Shown piece by piece: positions 37,703 through 48,219 of a stretch of 64,000 nucleotides of DNA. Origin of the DNA: Dehalococcoidia bacterium (GTDB taxonomy: Bacteria; Chloroflexota; Dehalococcoidia; SM23-28-2; RBG-16-64-32); contig CAXXTF010000002.1 of the NCBI GenBank assembly GCA_963665775.2, forward strand, positions 800,001-864,000. Direction: 5' to 3'. The stretch's first letter is position 1. Each line of letters begins with the position of its first letter. The translations under genes and the position numbers were made by a program. The notes under the pieces are model-generated. The model saw only the letters and a program-made list of their open reading frames with translations, did no database searches and was not told the origin of the DNA.

Positions 37703-40470
37703 TCCCAGTCCGCGTCCTGGTACGAAACTTCCTCTGTTACAGCGAGATGGAAGACGGCACCCCTATCGAATTCGACTTCGAGGGGTCGCGGTTGTGGAGC
37801 ATCACCGGCGACAACGGTGCCGGCAAAAGCGCCATCTTCGATGCCATCACCTACGCCCTGTTCGGACAGCACCGGGGCGGGGCGCAGGATGACGCCCGGC
37901 TCATCCACAAGGGCGCTCTCGAGTGCGAAGCCACCTTCGAGTTCCGCCTCGACGAGCGCCTCTACCGCGTGCGCCGGACGGTAAGTCGGCGCCGAGGAAA
38001 GGCAGCCCAGGACCCGAAAACGTGGCAGGCTGCCTGGTTCGACCCAGACGCCGGAGACTGGAGGCCCATCCAGGAAACGGAGCGAGAGCGCGGCCTCCAG
38101 CGGTGGGTGCAGAACCAACTGGGCTTCGGCTATGAAACGTTCGTGGCGTCCATACTGCTTCTCCAGGGACAGAGCGATCAGCTTATCACCGCCCGGCCCA
38201 AGGCACGGTTCGAGATTCTGAGCGGGCTGCTGGACTTGCAGCCCTACGAGCGGCTGGAAACGGCAGCTCTTGCGCATATGAGATCGGCCCGGACCCAGGT
38301 TCAGAACCTCGATGCCCAACTGGCCGGCCTCCCAGCAGCCGTGGCAGAAGAGATGGAGGAGGCGCGCTCAGCCCTGCGGGCAGGGGAGGAAGCCCTTCAG
38401 AAAGCTCAGGCGAGTATGGCCCAGGCGGAGGTGCTGGTCAACGAGGCCACACGCTACGCTCAGTTGCAAACGGACTTGGCCGAGGCAAGCGACGCCCTGG
38501 CACAGACAGAGGCGCTGCTCCAGGACGCCGACCGCATCCGCCAGGAGTATCAGGAATGGCATCGGCTTTCAGAGGCGCTGCCGAAGCTAGGCGCTGCCCT
38601 GACGGATCTCCAGGAGAAGGATATCCAAGCGGCCCAAGCAGAGGAAGCAGGCGCCGCAGCCGCTGCCATCGATATGGAAGCGCTGGAACGCGCAAAGGCG
38701 GCGGCGGAGAAAGAGGAGCATCAGACGGAGCAGCGAGCCAGCGACCTACGCGTACAACACGACGAGCTGGCCCTGGCCCTGCCGCCGTTGCGCGAGATCC
38801 TTCAGCAGCGCAGTGAGCTCTCGGAGCGCGCGCAAGCCGCAGCCGAGGTAGGCGCAGCACACGAATGGGAGGCTCGCATCGCCCAGTTGGAGGACGATCT
38901 CCGAGGGCGGCAAGAAGAGCAGCGAAAGGCCGACGAGGAGCTGCGACAGGCGCTGGAGGCTGTAGCTCAAGCCGAGGCTGCCGTTGGGCAAGCGGAGCAG
39001 CAGCTGGTTGCCCGGCGAGAGGCGCAGGACGAGGCAGTCTGCTCGCGCTGCGGCCAACCGGTTGACCCTGAGCACATCCGGCGCGAGCTAGAGGACGCGG
39101 AACGGACCGTCGCTTTGGCCCAGGCACCGATGGAGGGCGCCAAACAGGACCGGCTCATAGCTGGCAGCGATGTGACGGCCGCGGCCGAGCGCGTGGAAAC
39201 GACGAGTCGGGAGATAGAGACTGCCCGTCACGGACTCGCCGCGTCTCGCCGGGCGGACGAAGAGCGGCAGCGGGCGCAGGCAAGACTGGACGCCGTCATC
39301 GGCGCCGCAGCGCAGGCACCGGCGGACCGGCGCGCCGCTGTTGCGGAGCGCCCGCTGGCTGGGGCCACCGCAGCTGTCGACGAACTTGATGAGCGAACCA
39401 GCGTACTGCGGGCCCGAATCCAGACGGCAGGCGAAATGGAGAGGAAGGCTCGCAAGGGTTATCGCGACGCCCAGCAGGCCTATCAGGATGCGCTTCGCAA
39501 CCGAGAACAGCTACAAGCCGATGCTCAGCGTCTGGAGGAGAAAGCCCAGGGATTTAGCAGACAGGCGGTGGTCCGGCTTAGCGGCCTGAATCCTGAGTGG
39601 TGCCGACGGGCTCTCGCACAAGACGAGCCGTTTGTTCGAGAACTCTCCACCCGGCGTTCTGCCCTGGAAGGCGTCGACAAACAGCATCGAGCCCTGGAAG
39701 GCGCCCTCGCCGAGCGGGGCCAGTTGGAGCCTCGTGTCCAGGAACTCCATCGCAGCGTCGAGGCGGTGAGACCGGGGCACCGCCTGCCATTAGGAGAGGC
39801 GGACAGCCGGCAAAGGGAGGCCCAGAGCCATCTGAGTGTCAGCCAGAGCCGTCGTGACGAGGCCAGGGAGACCTTTCGCCGCCTGGAAGAGACTCTCGAG
39901 CGCCGGCAGCAGATCGAGACCGAACAAACCGCTGCCAATCGCCGGCGCGCCCTTAACGCTCGCCTGGCCGACCTGTTTGGACGAAGGGGGCTTCAGGGCT
40001 ACCTGATGAACGCAGCGATCCAGGGAATCTCAGACCTGGCCAACGAAACCCTTGCCCGCATCTCCGCCGGTCAGCTCCAGCTCCAGATCGTACGACAGGC
40101 ATCGGCCGGCGGTGAGGAAGAGATCGTCATCCAGACCACGGACCTCGCTTCTAGCGACGACCCGCTCGACGTGCAGTTTATCTCAGGGAGCCAGAAGTTC
40201 CGCACCTCGGTGGCGCTGGCAGCGGGTATCGGCCAGTACGCTGGTCGAGGCGTAGGCAGCGTGCGTTCCCTCATCATCGATGAAGGATTCGGCAGCCTGG
40301 ACACTCAGGGCCGCCAGGAGATGATCGACGAGCTACGCAACCTGTCTGATCTCATGGACCGCGTCATTGTCGTCAGCCACCAGGAGGACTTCCAGGATCG
40401 CACGCTGTTCCCAACAGGGTACGTCCTGCGCAAGATCGGGCAGCGGACAGAGGTAGAGCGCTTTGTGTGA
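37699..40470 (+). CDS. sbcC: Rad50/SbcC SMC-like ATPase
   Basis: GDNGAGKS, Q-loop LLQG, central CSRC zinc hook, ISGSQK signature, IIDEGFGSLD, VSH. Confidence 0.93.
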   Translation: MIPVRVLVRNFLCYSEMEDGTPIEFDFEGSRLWSITGDNGAGKSAIFDAITYALFGQHRGGAQDDARLIHKGALECEATFEFRLDERLYRVRRTVSRRRGKAAQDPKTWQAAWFDPDAGDWRPIQETERERGLQRWVQNQLGFGYETFVASILLLQGQSDQLITARPKARFEILSGLLDLQPYERLETAALAHMRSARTQVQNLDAQLAGLPAAVAEEMEEARSALRAGEEALQKAQASMAQAEVLVNEATRYAQLQTDLAEASDALAQTEALLQDADRIRQEYQEWHRLSEALPKLGAALTDLQEKDIQAAQAEEAGAAAAAIDMEALERAKAAAEKEEHQTEQRASDLRVQHDELALALPPLREILQQRSELSERAQAAAEVGAAHEWEARIAQLEDDLRGRQEEQRKADEELRQALEAVAQAEAAVGQAEQQLVARREAQDEAVCSRCGQPVDPEHIRRELEDAERTVALAQAPMEGAKQDRLIAGSDVTAAAERVETTSREIETARHGLAASRRADEERQRAQARLDAVIGAAAQAPADRRAAVAERPLAGATAAVDELDERTSVLRARIQTAGEMERKARKGYRDAQQAYQDALRNREQLQADAQRLEEKAQGFSRQAVVRLSGLNPEWCRRALAQDEPFVRELSTRRSALEGVDKQHRALEGALAERGQLEPRVQELHRSVEAVRPGHRLPLGEADSRQREAQSHLSVSQSRRDEARETFRRLEETLERRQQIETEQTAANRRRALNARLADLFGRRGLQGYLMNAAIQGISDLANETLARISAGQLQLQIVRQASAGGEEEIVIQTTDLASSDDPLDVQFISGSQKFRTSVALAAGIGQYAGRGVGSVRSLIIDEGFGSLDTQGRQEMIDELRNLSDLMDRVIVVSHQEDFQDRTLFPTGYVLRKIGQRTEVERFV

Positions 40471-40589
40471 GATGAATGTAATGGCCAGGGCTTGACGATC
40501 TTCCGAGAGGAGTTTGTGAGAGTAGAATCGGCTTCTTTATCCATCGCAAGCTCGGAGCGGCCTAGAGCAGGGACCTCCGCCTAGGATGC

Positions 40590-41246
40590 TCAGTCTGTAG
40601 CATACTTAGAGGCCCACACCGCGAACATCGGATCGCCACCGAAAACTGCGGGCCGCGGAGAGCAGTTGGCAGCCGTGATATCTATCCAGCCGCCCGCCTC
40701 CTCAAAGTACCCGCGGACAATCTCGATATGCTGACCATCGTTGGCGGCCCGCCATAAGGCCACCGCCTTCTCGGGAAAACAGCGATTCGAGAACGTCAAC
40801 ACGAATACCCCTTCGGGCCGCAATACTCGATTGACCTCGCGAAAGGTGCGCACCGGGTGGACCATATACTGCACCGAGACTGCGCACATGACGCAATCGA
40901 AATCGTTGTCCGAGAAAGGAAGGCTCTCGTCACGGTTCAGGTCGTGCACCACATGCTCATCTAGTTGCGGGTTATCTTCCATCTCCTCAGCGTTCAGGCC
41001 CAGCCCTATAACCCGATCGGGGCGCAAAACCGCTGGCAGATGACTTCGCCAACTACTCATCAGATCCAACAACCGTCCACCCGCCGGAAGAACCCTCTCA
41101 TACAACCGGCCGATAGCGGCAATCGCCTCGTCGTCCACATGCACCAGCTTACGGGGGAAGGCATAAAACTCGCCGTCGACCGCTTCGTCGATCCGAGCGA
41201 AATAGTGTGGAGGAAAAGGATCGTCAGTCAGAGACTCTACATCCAC
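40590..41246 (-). CDS. Class I SAM-dependent methyltransferase-like protein
   Basis: LDLMSSWRSHLP, GLGLN..E...NPQL, VSVQY, FSNRCFP.KAV. Confidence 0.88.
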   Translation of the reverse strand: MDVESLTDDPFPPHYFARIDEAVDGEFYAFPRKLVHVDDEAIAAIGRLYERVLPAGGRLLDLMSSWRSHLPAVLRPDRVIGLGLNAEEMEDNPQLDEHVVHDLNRDESLPFSDNDFDCVMCAVSVQYMVHPVRTFREVNRVLRPEGVFVLTFSNRCFPEKAVALWRAANDGQHIEIVRGYFEEAGGWIDITAANCSPRPAVFGGDPMFAVWASKYATD

Positions 41247-41348
41247 CTTCCTCCGGCCAGCCCCTTGCGAACAGAGACGAACCAGATTAAGGAAGAGCGT
41301 TACCGCCGCCCGGCGGCAAGCAGGCGTTAACAAGCGAGTTGCAGATAC

Positions 41349-41606
41349 TCAGTAGCTCTCCTGACCCTGCTCCAACGCGGCCTGAATCACCCTCACCAGC
41401 TGTCGCGCCGATTCGGGAGTGAGCTCGACCGCCGTCCTTGCGCCGGGGCCCTGAGCCTCGTTCAAAAAGTCGATGTTCAGAGCATGTTCCAGCGGCAGAT
41501 GGAACGGGTGATCGTACGACACAGCTACATGGGACAGCGTAAACCAGCCGTCCGGCCCCTTACCACTTCCGGATATCTCCGCCTTCTCGACGATCATAGT
41601 ACACAT
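41349..41606 (-). CDS. DUF6295-like small protein
   Basis: MCTMI...GSGKG..GWF...YDHP.H...EHAL.IDF; sits behind a dienelactone hydrolase. Confidence 0.75.
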   Translation of the reverse strand: MCTMIVEKAEISGSGKGPDGWFTLSHVAVSYDHPFHLPLEHALNIDFLNEAQGPGARTAVELTPESARQLVRVIQAALEQGQESY

Positions 41607-41644
41607 CTCGTATCTCCTGTCTGTCTAAGCGAGGGAGCCAGACG

Positions 41645-42409
41645 TCAAGCCGGCCCGCCGAGGTACTTCTCGAAAAAGGCAAATAGCTTCTCCCAGCCAT
41701 CGACGGCTTGCTCCTGCCGGTATGAGGACCGGTTATAGTAAAAGAAGCCGTGGCCGGCTCCGGGATAGATGTGGAATTCATAGGTCTTGCCGTGCTTCTT
41801 GAGCTCCTGCTCATGCTGCGCCACCTGATCCGCCGTGGGGCCCCGGTCATCCTCACCGAACAGGCCCAACAGCGGGCACGCGAGGTCTGCCGTGTAGTCG
41901 ATCGGGGCGACCGGCAGTTTCTCGGTCAGATCCTCTTGTGACATGACGACACGCCCCCCCCAGCAGTCTACGGCGGCGTCAAACCCCTTCACCCGGCAGG
42001 CTACGAGGACGGTGTGTCGACCGCCCGAGCAGGTCCCGATCACGCCAACCTTGCCGGCGCTATAGGGCAGCGAACGCAAGTACCTCATCCCACCCTCCAC
42101 ATCACCCACCACCTGCTCGTCGGACACGCCCCCAGCCGCACGGACCCTGGCAGCGACGTCTTCTGGCGTCCCATGCCCATCGCGATAGTAGAGGTTGGGG
42201 CATATGGCGGCGTAGCCGTTGTGGGCAAACCTGCGTGTGGTCTCCTTATACCATTCATCCCATCCGGGGATATGGTGAATCAGCACGACACCGGGGAACG
42301 GCCCGGCGCCCAGAGGGCGGGCGACATACGCGTTTATGAGATCGCCGTTATGTCCTGGAATCGTGACCGTTTCCGCCAGCATACCTTCGTACATGTCTGT
42401 TTGGTACAT
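41645..42409 (-). CDS. Dienelactone hydrolase family protein
   Basis: G-T-C-S-G-G nucleophile, FGEDD, YPGAGHGF. Confidence 0.92.
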   Translation of the reverse strand: MYQTDMYEGMLAETVTIPGHNGDLINAYVARPLGAGPFPGVVLIHHIPGWDEWYKETTRRFAHNGYAAICPNLYYRDGHGTPEDVAARVRAAGGVSDEQVVGDVEGGMRYLRSLPYSAGKVGVIGTCSGGRHTVLVACRVKGFDAAVDCWGGRVVMSQEDLTEKLPVAPIDYTADLACPLLGLFGEDDRGPTADQVAQHEQELKKHGKTYEFHIYPGAGHGFFYYNRSSYRQEQAVDGWEKLFAFFEKYLGGPA

Positions 42410-42690
42410 TTGTCCCTTCCTTCCCTACGATGCGAGCAGAGAGCCTCAATCTGGTCGCGAGCGAGGTAAGACGGCCCTCAACCGTCTAACGACCGTATAA
42501 CGCCTATCAACCTCCGCGCCGTTCGATGGTTCCGCGATTCAGCTTCCTCTGCTTCGGTCATGACTCGCTCGGCTCCGCTTCGGAGTCTTTACCAGGATAC
42601 TACCTATCCGTCGCTTTCGCATACGCTCGATGATCCGCAGTGCCAGATGGTTCAGGCCTGGCGGCCGCTGACCTGCTAGTATGGTAGGGA

Positions 42691-43665
42691 TTGGAGAGCA
42701 CCGATCCGATGGAGAGTGACGAGCTCACGGAGATTGAGCGGCAGACGGTAGAGGTCGTCTGGGAAGCCGGACGTATCCTCCTCTCGCGCTTCCGCCAGCC
42801 GCTCAAAGTGGAGTGGAAGGGCAGCCGAGAAGGTACTGATCCCGTGACAGAGGTCGACCACGAGGTGGAGGCGTTCGTCCGTGAGGAGCTGGCGCGCCGA
42901 TTCCCTTCGCACGCCCTGGTGGGCGAGGAGGGCGCGGGCGCTGAAGGTAAGCCAGAGCCCTGGACCTGGGTCGTAGACCCTCTGGACGGCACTACGAACT
43001 TCATCAACGGCCTCCCAGCCTTCGCCTGTTCGATAGGACTGCTGGAGCGCGGCATTCCGGTCGTCGGGGCGATTTTCGTCCCCTGGCCGACTACCGAGGG
43101 TGCAATCGTCCTGCACGCCCGCTCCGGCGGAGGCACCTACGTAGGCGACCAGGCCCTCACGCTCTCCGCTGACCCCGCCCTACCTGGCCGACTGGTTGTC
43201 CTACCACGAGGGCCATTCCGGCTCCGCGCTCCACCAAACCATGGCTCAGACCAGCGGCGCAGCGTTGGCAGCATCGCATACGAGCTGGCCGCTACCGCCC
43301 TGGGCACCTACCGCTTTGTGCTGTTCGGCTCTCCGAAGGTCTGGGACGTAGCCGCTGGGGTGCTGCTTGTTAAGGAGGCCGGGGGAGCAGTCATGACACT
43401 CCCCAAGGGCAGCAAATCCTGGGAACCATTTGACGCGTTCGCTCTCGATGAGCAGCCAGGAGCTGACGAACCTGAGTCTCAGATGCCTCGGCAGGAGCAG
43501 CTGAGAAACTGGGCGCGCCCCATACTTGCGGGCACGGTCTCGGCCGTGGAGGAGACCGCAGCTCGTATCGTCCCCTACCGCCCGCTGCTGCCGCGCGCAA
43601 TGGGCATGGTGCGCCGTGCCATTCGTCCCAGGGCCAAGCGACAGAAAACGACGGGGCAGGCCTAA
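42691..43665 (+). CDS. Inositol monophosphatase family protein
   Basis: VTEVD, GEE, WVVDPLDGTTNF, WDVAAG. Confidence 0.92.
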   Translation: MESTDPMESDELTEIERQTVEVVWEAGRILLSRFRQPLKVEWKGSREGTDPVTEVDHEVEAFVREELARRFPSHALVGEEGAGAEGKPEPWTWVVDPLDGTTNFINGLPAFACSIGLLERGIPVVGAIFVPWPTTEGAIVLHARSGGGTYVGDQALTLSADPALPGRLVVLPRGPFRLRAPPNHGSDQRRSVGSIAYELAATALGTYRFVLFGSPKVWDVAAGVLLVKEAGGAVMTLPKGSKSWEPFDAFALDEQPGADEPESQMPRQEQLRNWARPILAGTVSAVEETAARIVPYRPLLPRAMGMVRRAIRPRAKRQKTTGQA

Positions 43666-44387
43666 ATCCACGGCCAGGGAACACCACCCTCGTAGGGCTC
43701 CAAGAAGTGTTGCCGGGCCAGAATGGCCGCCAGCCGTCCTGTCAGGGCTTCTATCTCGGGCGACGTCAGCAGGTCTGACAATTCGGCCAGCGGGCCCTCT
43801 AATCGCTCCAACAGGAGGCCTAATCGCTCCAAATCCATCAGGAATTGCTCCGGGATAGGAAGACCCGCGAAGTCCCAGATGACCGTCCGTAGCTTTGGCA
43901 CGGCGTGAAACGTCAGCCCATGGTCGATGCCCCAGATGGTACCTTCCGGAGATAGCAAGCAGTGACCAGCCTTGCGGTCAGCGTTGTTGGCCAGCCAATC
44001 AAAGAGGAACATGCGCTGAAAGTCCAGAGGATACTTGTCCCTGAGCGTGAAGTAGTGGCGGCTCGGGTCGTGGTCAACGTAGAGCTGCACAGAGCCAGCC
44101 CCATAGGGGCCATCGCGGACAATTGTCGGCGGCACGAAGTGCCACCCGAGCGCTTCGGCTAAGAGGAAAGAGGCCCGCTCACGATTGGAAAGGCTGCCGT
44201 AAGGAAAGTCCCGCAGAGGATTCTCGCCCTGTCCGGGCTTGTAGATGGCGTCGCAACTGGCGCCGTCGTCACCCTCCATCGACACTAAATACGTGTAGTT
44301 GGAGCTGCGCGGGACGAGCGCGCAGGACGTAATGCTTCCGCGCTGCAATAGACCAAGCAGGCTCCCCTGCTGACCGTAATCGTTCAC
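43662..44387 (-). CDS. SCO1664-family PI3/4-kinase-like protein
   Basis: SSNYT, IYKP..GE.PL.DFP, NNADRKAGH, IDHGLTFH..PKLRTVIW. Confidence 0.85.
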   Translation of the reverse strand: MNDYGQQGSLLGLLQRGSITSCALVPRSSNYTYLVSMEGDDGASCDAIYKPGQGENPLRDFPYGSLSNRERASFLLAEALGWHFVPPTIVRDGPYGAGSVQLYVDHDPSRHYFTLRDKYPLDFQRMFLFDWLANNADRKAGHCLLSPEGTIWGIDHGLTFHAVPKLRTVIWDFAGLPIPEQFLMDLERLGLLLERLEGPLAELSDLLTSPEIEALTGRLAAILARQHFLEPYEGGVPWPWI

Positions 44388-44591
44388 TCTTTACCGGTGC
44401 TTCTAGAGCGCCTCGTATCTACATTTGTCACTCAAGCATTATAGGCCATCTCCCCGCGCCCGCAGAAGCCGGGCCAGTTCCTCGCTCCGAGCCTCCAGGT
44501 AGCGCTCCATCGTTAACGACGGTTTATCAGCCAAACGGGCGGCGATTTTATAGACATTGAGGCATAATACGAGAGACCAGTATCCTATACT

Positions 44592-44614
44592 AATGATAGG
44601 CCCACCCTATCATT
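44592..44614. promoter_or_regulatory. LysR-type operator (T-N11-A)
   Basis: aatgatagg-cccac-cctatcatt inverted repeat (ATAG-N7-CTAT) upstream of the LysR gene. Confidence 0.6.
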
Positions 44615-44693
44615 GGCTAGAGAGAAGCTGACCTCTGCTTGCCCTAAGGTCACTAAAACATCCTGGCAGGTGCGAAAGGGGATGTGAAGAAAA

Positions 44694-45596
44694 ATGGAAC
44701 TGACACAGTTAGAGGCGCTCCTAGAGGCGGCCCACTGGGGAAGCTTTCGCCGCGCCGCCGAGGCCCTCCTCCTGGCTCAGCCGTCGCTCAGCGAGCGGAT
44801 CAAGAAGCTAGAGAAAGAGATGGGCCAGCCCCTCTTCAACCGCATGGGCCGAGGCGTGACCCTCACGGAATCCGGCAAGACCTTCTTGCCGTTCGTGGAG
44901 CAGGCGTTAGCAACCCTGCGCCAGGGGCGGGAAGCCCTTCAAGCCCTGCAACCTGGCTCGGAGGACTTGCTGCAGGTCGGCACCGCCCGCGCCATCGGGA
45001 CATACGTGCTGCCAGACGTGATCGCCAAGTTCCGCGAGCGCTACTCCGTAGACGTCCACATGCGGTCCGGGCGCTCTACGGAGGTCCTTCAGATGGTCTT
45101 AGACGAGGAGGTCCACGTAGGCGTGGCCCGCGCTCTGACCCACCCGGCGATCGAGGCCTTTCACCTCTACGATGAAGAGATTGTGCTGGTAACCTATCCC
45201 CGCCATCCCTTTGCAGAGGCAGGAGAGGCCAGCATCTACGACGTGGCCAGAGAACCCCTCATCCTATACGACCGAGATTCCTTCTACTTCGTCATGATCG
45301 AGCGCGTATGCCATGAAGCGGGCATCGTCCCCAGAGTGTTGATGATGCTCGATAGCATCGAGGCTACCAAGCAGATGGTGCAACGAGGCCTGGGAATCTC
45401 TTTCCTGCCCCTCAACTCCATCCGCCGAGAGACTGAATGGGGCTCACTGGCTCACGTGCCTTTGGCGGAACGCCATCGGGTTACCCTGGGCAGCGAGGCG
45501 ATGGTGCTCCGCAAGCGGCCCCGCAGCCAGCTGGTCCAAGCGTTCCTCATGACCCTTCGAGAGGAGCTGGGCGGCGGTTCCGTAATAGCCCCATGA
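44694..45596 (+). CDS. LysR-family transcriptional regulator
   Basis: GSFRRAAEAL...QPSLS..IK.LE..MG..LF.R wHTH plus substrate-binding domain. Confidence 0.95.
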   Translation: MELTQLEALLEAAHWGSFRRAAEALLLAQPSLSERIKKLEKEMGQPLFNRMGRGVTLTESGKTFLPFVEQALATLRQGREALQALQPGSEDLLQVGTARAIGTYVLPDVIAKFRERYSVDVHMRSGRSTEVLQMVLDEEVHVGVARALTHPAIEAFHLYDEEIVLVTYPRHPFAEAGEASIYDVAREPLILYDRDSFYFVMIERVCHEAGIVPRVLMMLDSIEATKQMVQRGLGISFLPLNSIRRETEWGSLAHVPLAERHRVTLGSEAMVLRKRPRSQLVQAFLMTLREELGGGSVIAP

Positions 45597-45762
45597 TCCG
45601 GGGGCGGCCGAAACCGACCTGGGCTGGCCCTAAATCGGGCAGCCGCTTGAACGGATGACCGCTCGACTGATTACATCGCGGACCGTACCGGCCTAGGAGA
45701 TTCGAGTGGGTTCGCGCAGAAACACTCACGGGAAAGAGGCGGCAGGGACAGATGTGCCCTGC

Positions 45763-46633
45763 TCAGCCATCGTCACGTTGCCTACGCAAGAACTCTTCTA
45801 GATCAGTGATGATCTCGCTAGATCGCGGCAGCTCAGGCTGGTTTATCCCAGCATCGAGGCGCCGCTCGAGCTCGGCAATATACGACTTCACTTCATCGTT
45901 GTTCGCCAGGGCCTGATCTACCCCCCGGAGGAACGTGTCGCTGGCCTCGGCTAGGCGGGCCAGGTCGGGCCCGAACGCCAGGAGCCGATCCAGCGCCTGC
46001 AGCAGCACCAGCGCCCCCTGCGGGTTCACACTGTTGCCCAGGTAGGCTGGGAGAGTGGCCCACAGCCCCGCCGACGACAGCTCGCGCCGGTGCCAGGCGT
46101 CATGGGAGGGTACCCACGATGCCGGTCGGCCCCTCATAGTCGGAGAACGAAGCGCCAAATGCCGCGAATTCGCGTTGCAGGGGAGCCTCCGTAGCAAAAC
46201 CGCTGATCCGCGGCGGGCGAGTATGGGGAGCGGCCCCGGCAATCGCACTAAGAGTGATAAGTCGGGAGCCATTCACCCGATCAAACAGATCGAGAACAGA
46301 TTCCGTGAAGCCTCGCCACTTGAGATGGGGCTCTCTTCCCAGGAGCAAGACAACGTCGCTATCGGCATCGTCACGTCGATAATAGAAGAAGCGGTTCAGG
46401 GGCCACCGGAGGTCGCGTAGGCCCTCCTCCGAGCCGCGAACGATCGGCCGCACAACGGTGAAGTCGAAGAAGTCCTCCGCGTCTATGTTAGCGAACGCTT
46501 CGGCTGACCAGGTCTCAACCAGATGACGCACCGCCAACGACCCAGCCTCGCCCGAATCGTTCCACCCACGGAACGCGGCGATGAATGTGGGCGCCCGCAG
46601 CGACGGAAGTCGATCTATCTGTAGAGGATTCAC
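45763..46633 (-). pseudogene. PAC2-family protein, +1 frameshift at about 46105
   Basis: F.GWNDSGEA...PHTRP...YEGPTGIVGTL continues as HDAW...LWATLPAYL...NPQGAL in another frame. Confidence 0.82.
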
Positions 46634-46692
46634 AGTTCGCCAGCCCCAGCCGGTATAGTCAGGCTGATTATAGCCCAACCGCCACACCTACT

Positions 46693-47397
46693 CTAGCGGG
46701 CCAGTTTTGCCGCCAACCGCCTAAATTTCAGGTTCGCCTGCCCTACCAATACACGCCCGTGCCCGAAGCAGGCGACGTCGAACTCCAGCTCCGCCAGCTT
46801 TCGGATGCTCTCCTTGGCCCGCGCCTGATCCAGCGTCATCATGGCATTGGGCATGCCCAGGCGAAGCGTGTTGGCCGCGGCGTCCCCCACGAACAGCACA
46901 CCCCTTGACGGCATGAGAAACGAAACGTGGCCCGGCGTGTGGCCGGGGGTATGTACCACCCTGACGCCGCCGCCGATCGGCAACTCATCCCCGTCCCCAA
47001 TCTCCACGTCCACCGCTGCGGCTGGCGGCTGGCCTAGGAAGCGAGCCAGCCACGGCCCGGCCAGCTTCCCCATGAGGCTCGATGGGTTCGGTCCCGGCTG
47101 CGGTTCAGTACCCCGCACGATCGGGCTGTCAGCGGGGTGCACGTACGATTTGGCGCCGGTTACGTTCTTCAGGTCAGCCAGATTGCCCACGTGATCGACG
47201 TGATGGTGGGTAATCAGGATGTGTCGGATATCCGATGGCTGTAGGCCCGCCGCCGCAGCTGCGGCCAAGATAGCACCCTTCCGCTTCGGTAGGCCAGCGT
47301 CCACCAGCACCAGGCCGTCATCGCTCACCACCAGGAAAGCGTTGACGAAGCTCATGGCGATGCCATAAACGCCGGGCACCACCTCCTCTGCCGCCAT
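46693..47397 (-). CDS. MBL-fold metallo-hydrolase
   Basis: THHHVDH, HTPGHTPGH, FVGD, FGHG. Confidence 0.92.
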   Translation of the reverse strand: MAAEEVVPGVYGIAMSFVNAFLVVSDDGLVLVDAGLPKRKGAILAAAAAAGLQPSDIRHILITHHHVDHVGNLADLKNVTGAKSYVHPADSPIVRGTEPQPGPNPSSLMGKLAGPWLARFLGQPPAAAVDVEIGDGDELPIGGGVRVVHTPGHTPGHVSFLMPSRGVLFVGDAAANTLRLGMPNAMMTLDQARAKESIRKLAELEFDVACFGHGRVLVGQANLKFRRLAAKLAR

Positions 47398-47510
47398 GGC
47401 CGTCCCCTAACTGATCCCGTCCGACACGGTTCTACTCCTCCTCCACCAGACCGACAGCGTACTTCTCTGGATTCGAGACCTGACCTGCTCCCAAGCCGGC
47501 ATGAGCGACC

Positions 47511-48047
47511 TCACAGGCCGAGATGATAAGCCATCACTACTCGCCCCGGGATCGGCTCTATGTCAAACTGCGGCGCACGCTTGAACCCCATCCGCTCGTA
47601 CATACCGCGGGCTACGGCCATGACCTCCGTGGTGTGCAAGCCGACGTAACGAACGCCACGCTCGCGAGACCGCCGCAGGCACTCGGACATGAGTGCTCGG
47701 GCTACGCCTCGGCCTCTCGCCTCCGGCCGAACTGCCAGCAGCCGAATACCCGAATACCCTGGCGGCCAGCCCTCCACGGCAGACAGCGAAGCGTCAGGAT
47801 AGAAGGTTACGGCACCAATAATGGTGCCATTCCGCTCGGCAACTATGAGCTCAGACTCACCGAGCCGCTCGCGAACGTTAGCGACATTGCTGGCGTACGC
47901 CTCCCACACCTCCCGGGAAAAGGAGGCGGCGTACTCACTATACGCGGCGATGTTTACCGCTGAAACCTCGTCCAGCTCCCCCAAAGAAGCATCCCGTACG
48001 TGCAGCGGGTTGCTCTCGGACGCCGCCTCCAAGGACTCTCCACCCAT
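47511..48047 (-). CDS. GNAT N-acetyltransferase
   Basis: LAVRPEARGRGVARAL, MYERMGF. Confidence 0.9.
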   Translation of the reverse strand: MGGESLEAASESNPLHVRDASLGELDEVSAVNIAAYSEYAASFSREVWEAYASNVANVRERLGESELIVAERNGTIIGAVTFYPDASLSAVEGWPPGYSGIRLLAVRPEARGRGVARALMSECLRRSRERGVRYVGLHTTEVMAVARGMYERMGFKRAPQFDIEPIPGRVVMAYHLGL

Positions 48048-48219
48048 CCTAACTACGCTCTCCTACAACTATCCGGTACGTCTCGTCCCGCCCGATGGGC
48101 CGGAATCCGGCCCAACCTCCGCCGCGCCTGACCGTGTCGGCTCAGCCCCTCTATCCGCGACGAGGGGAGCATCGGCACTGGCCTAGCTGGGCGCCTCCGT
48201 GGCGATTCTGTCGGCGAAA

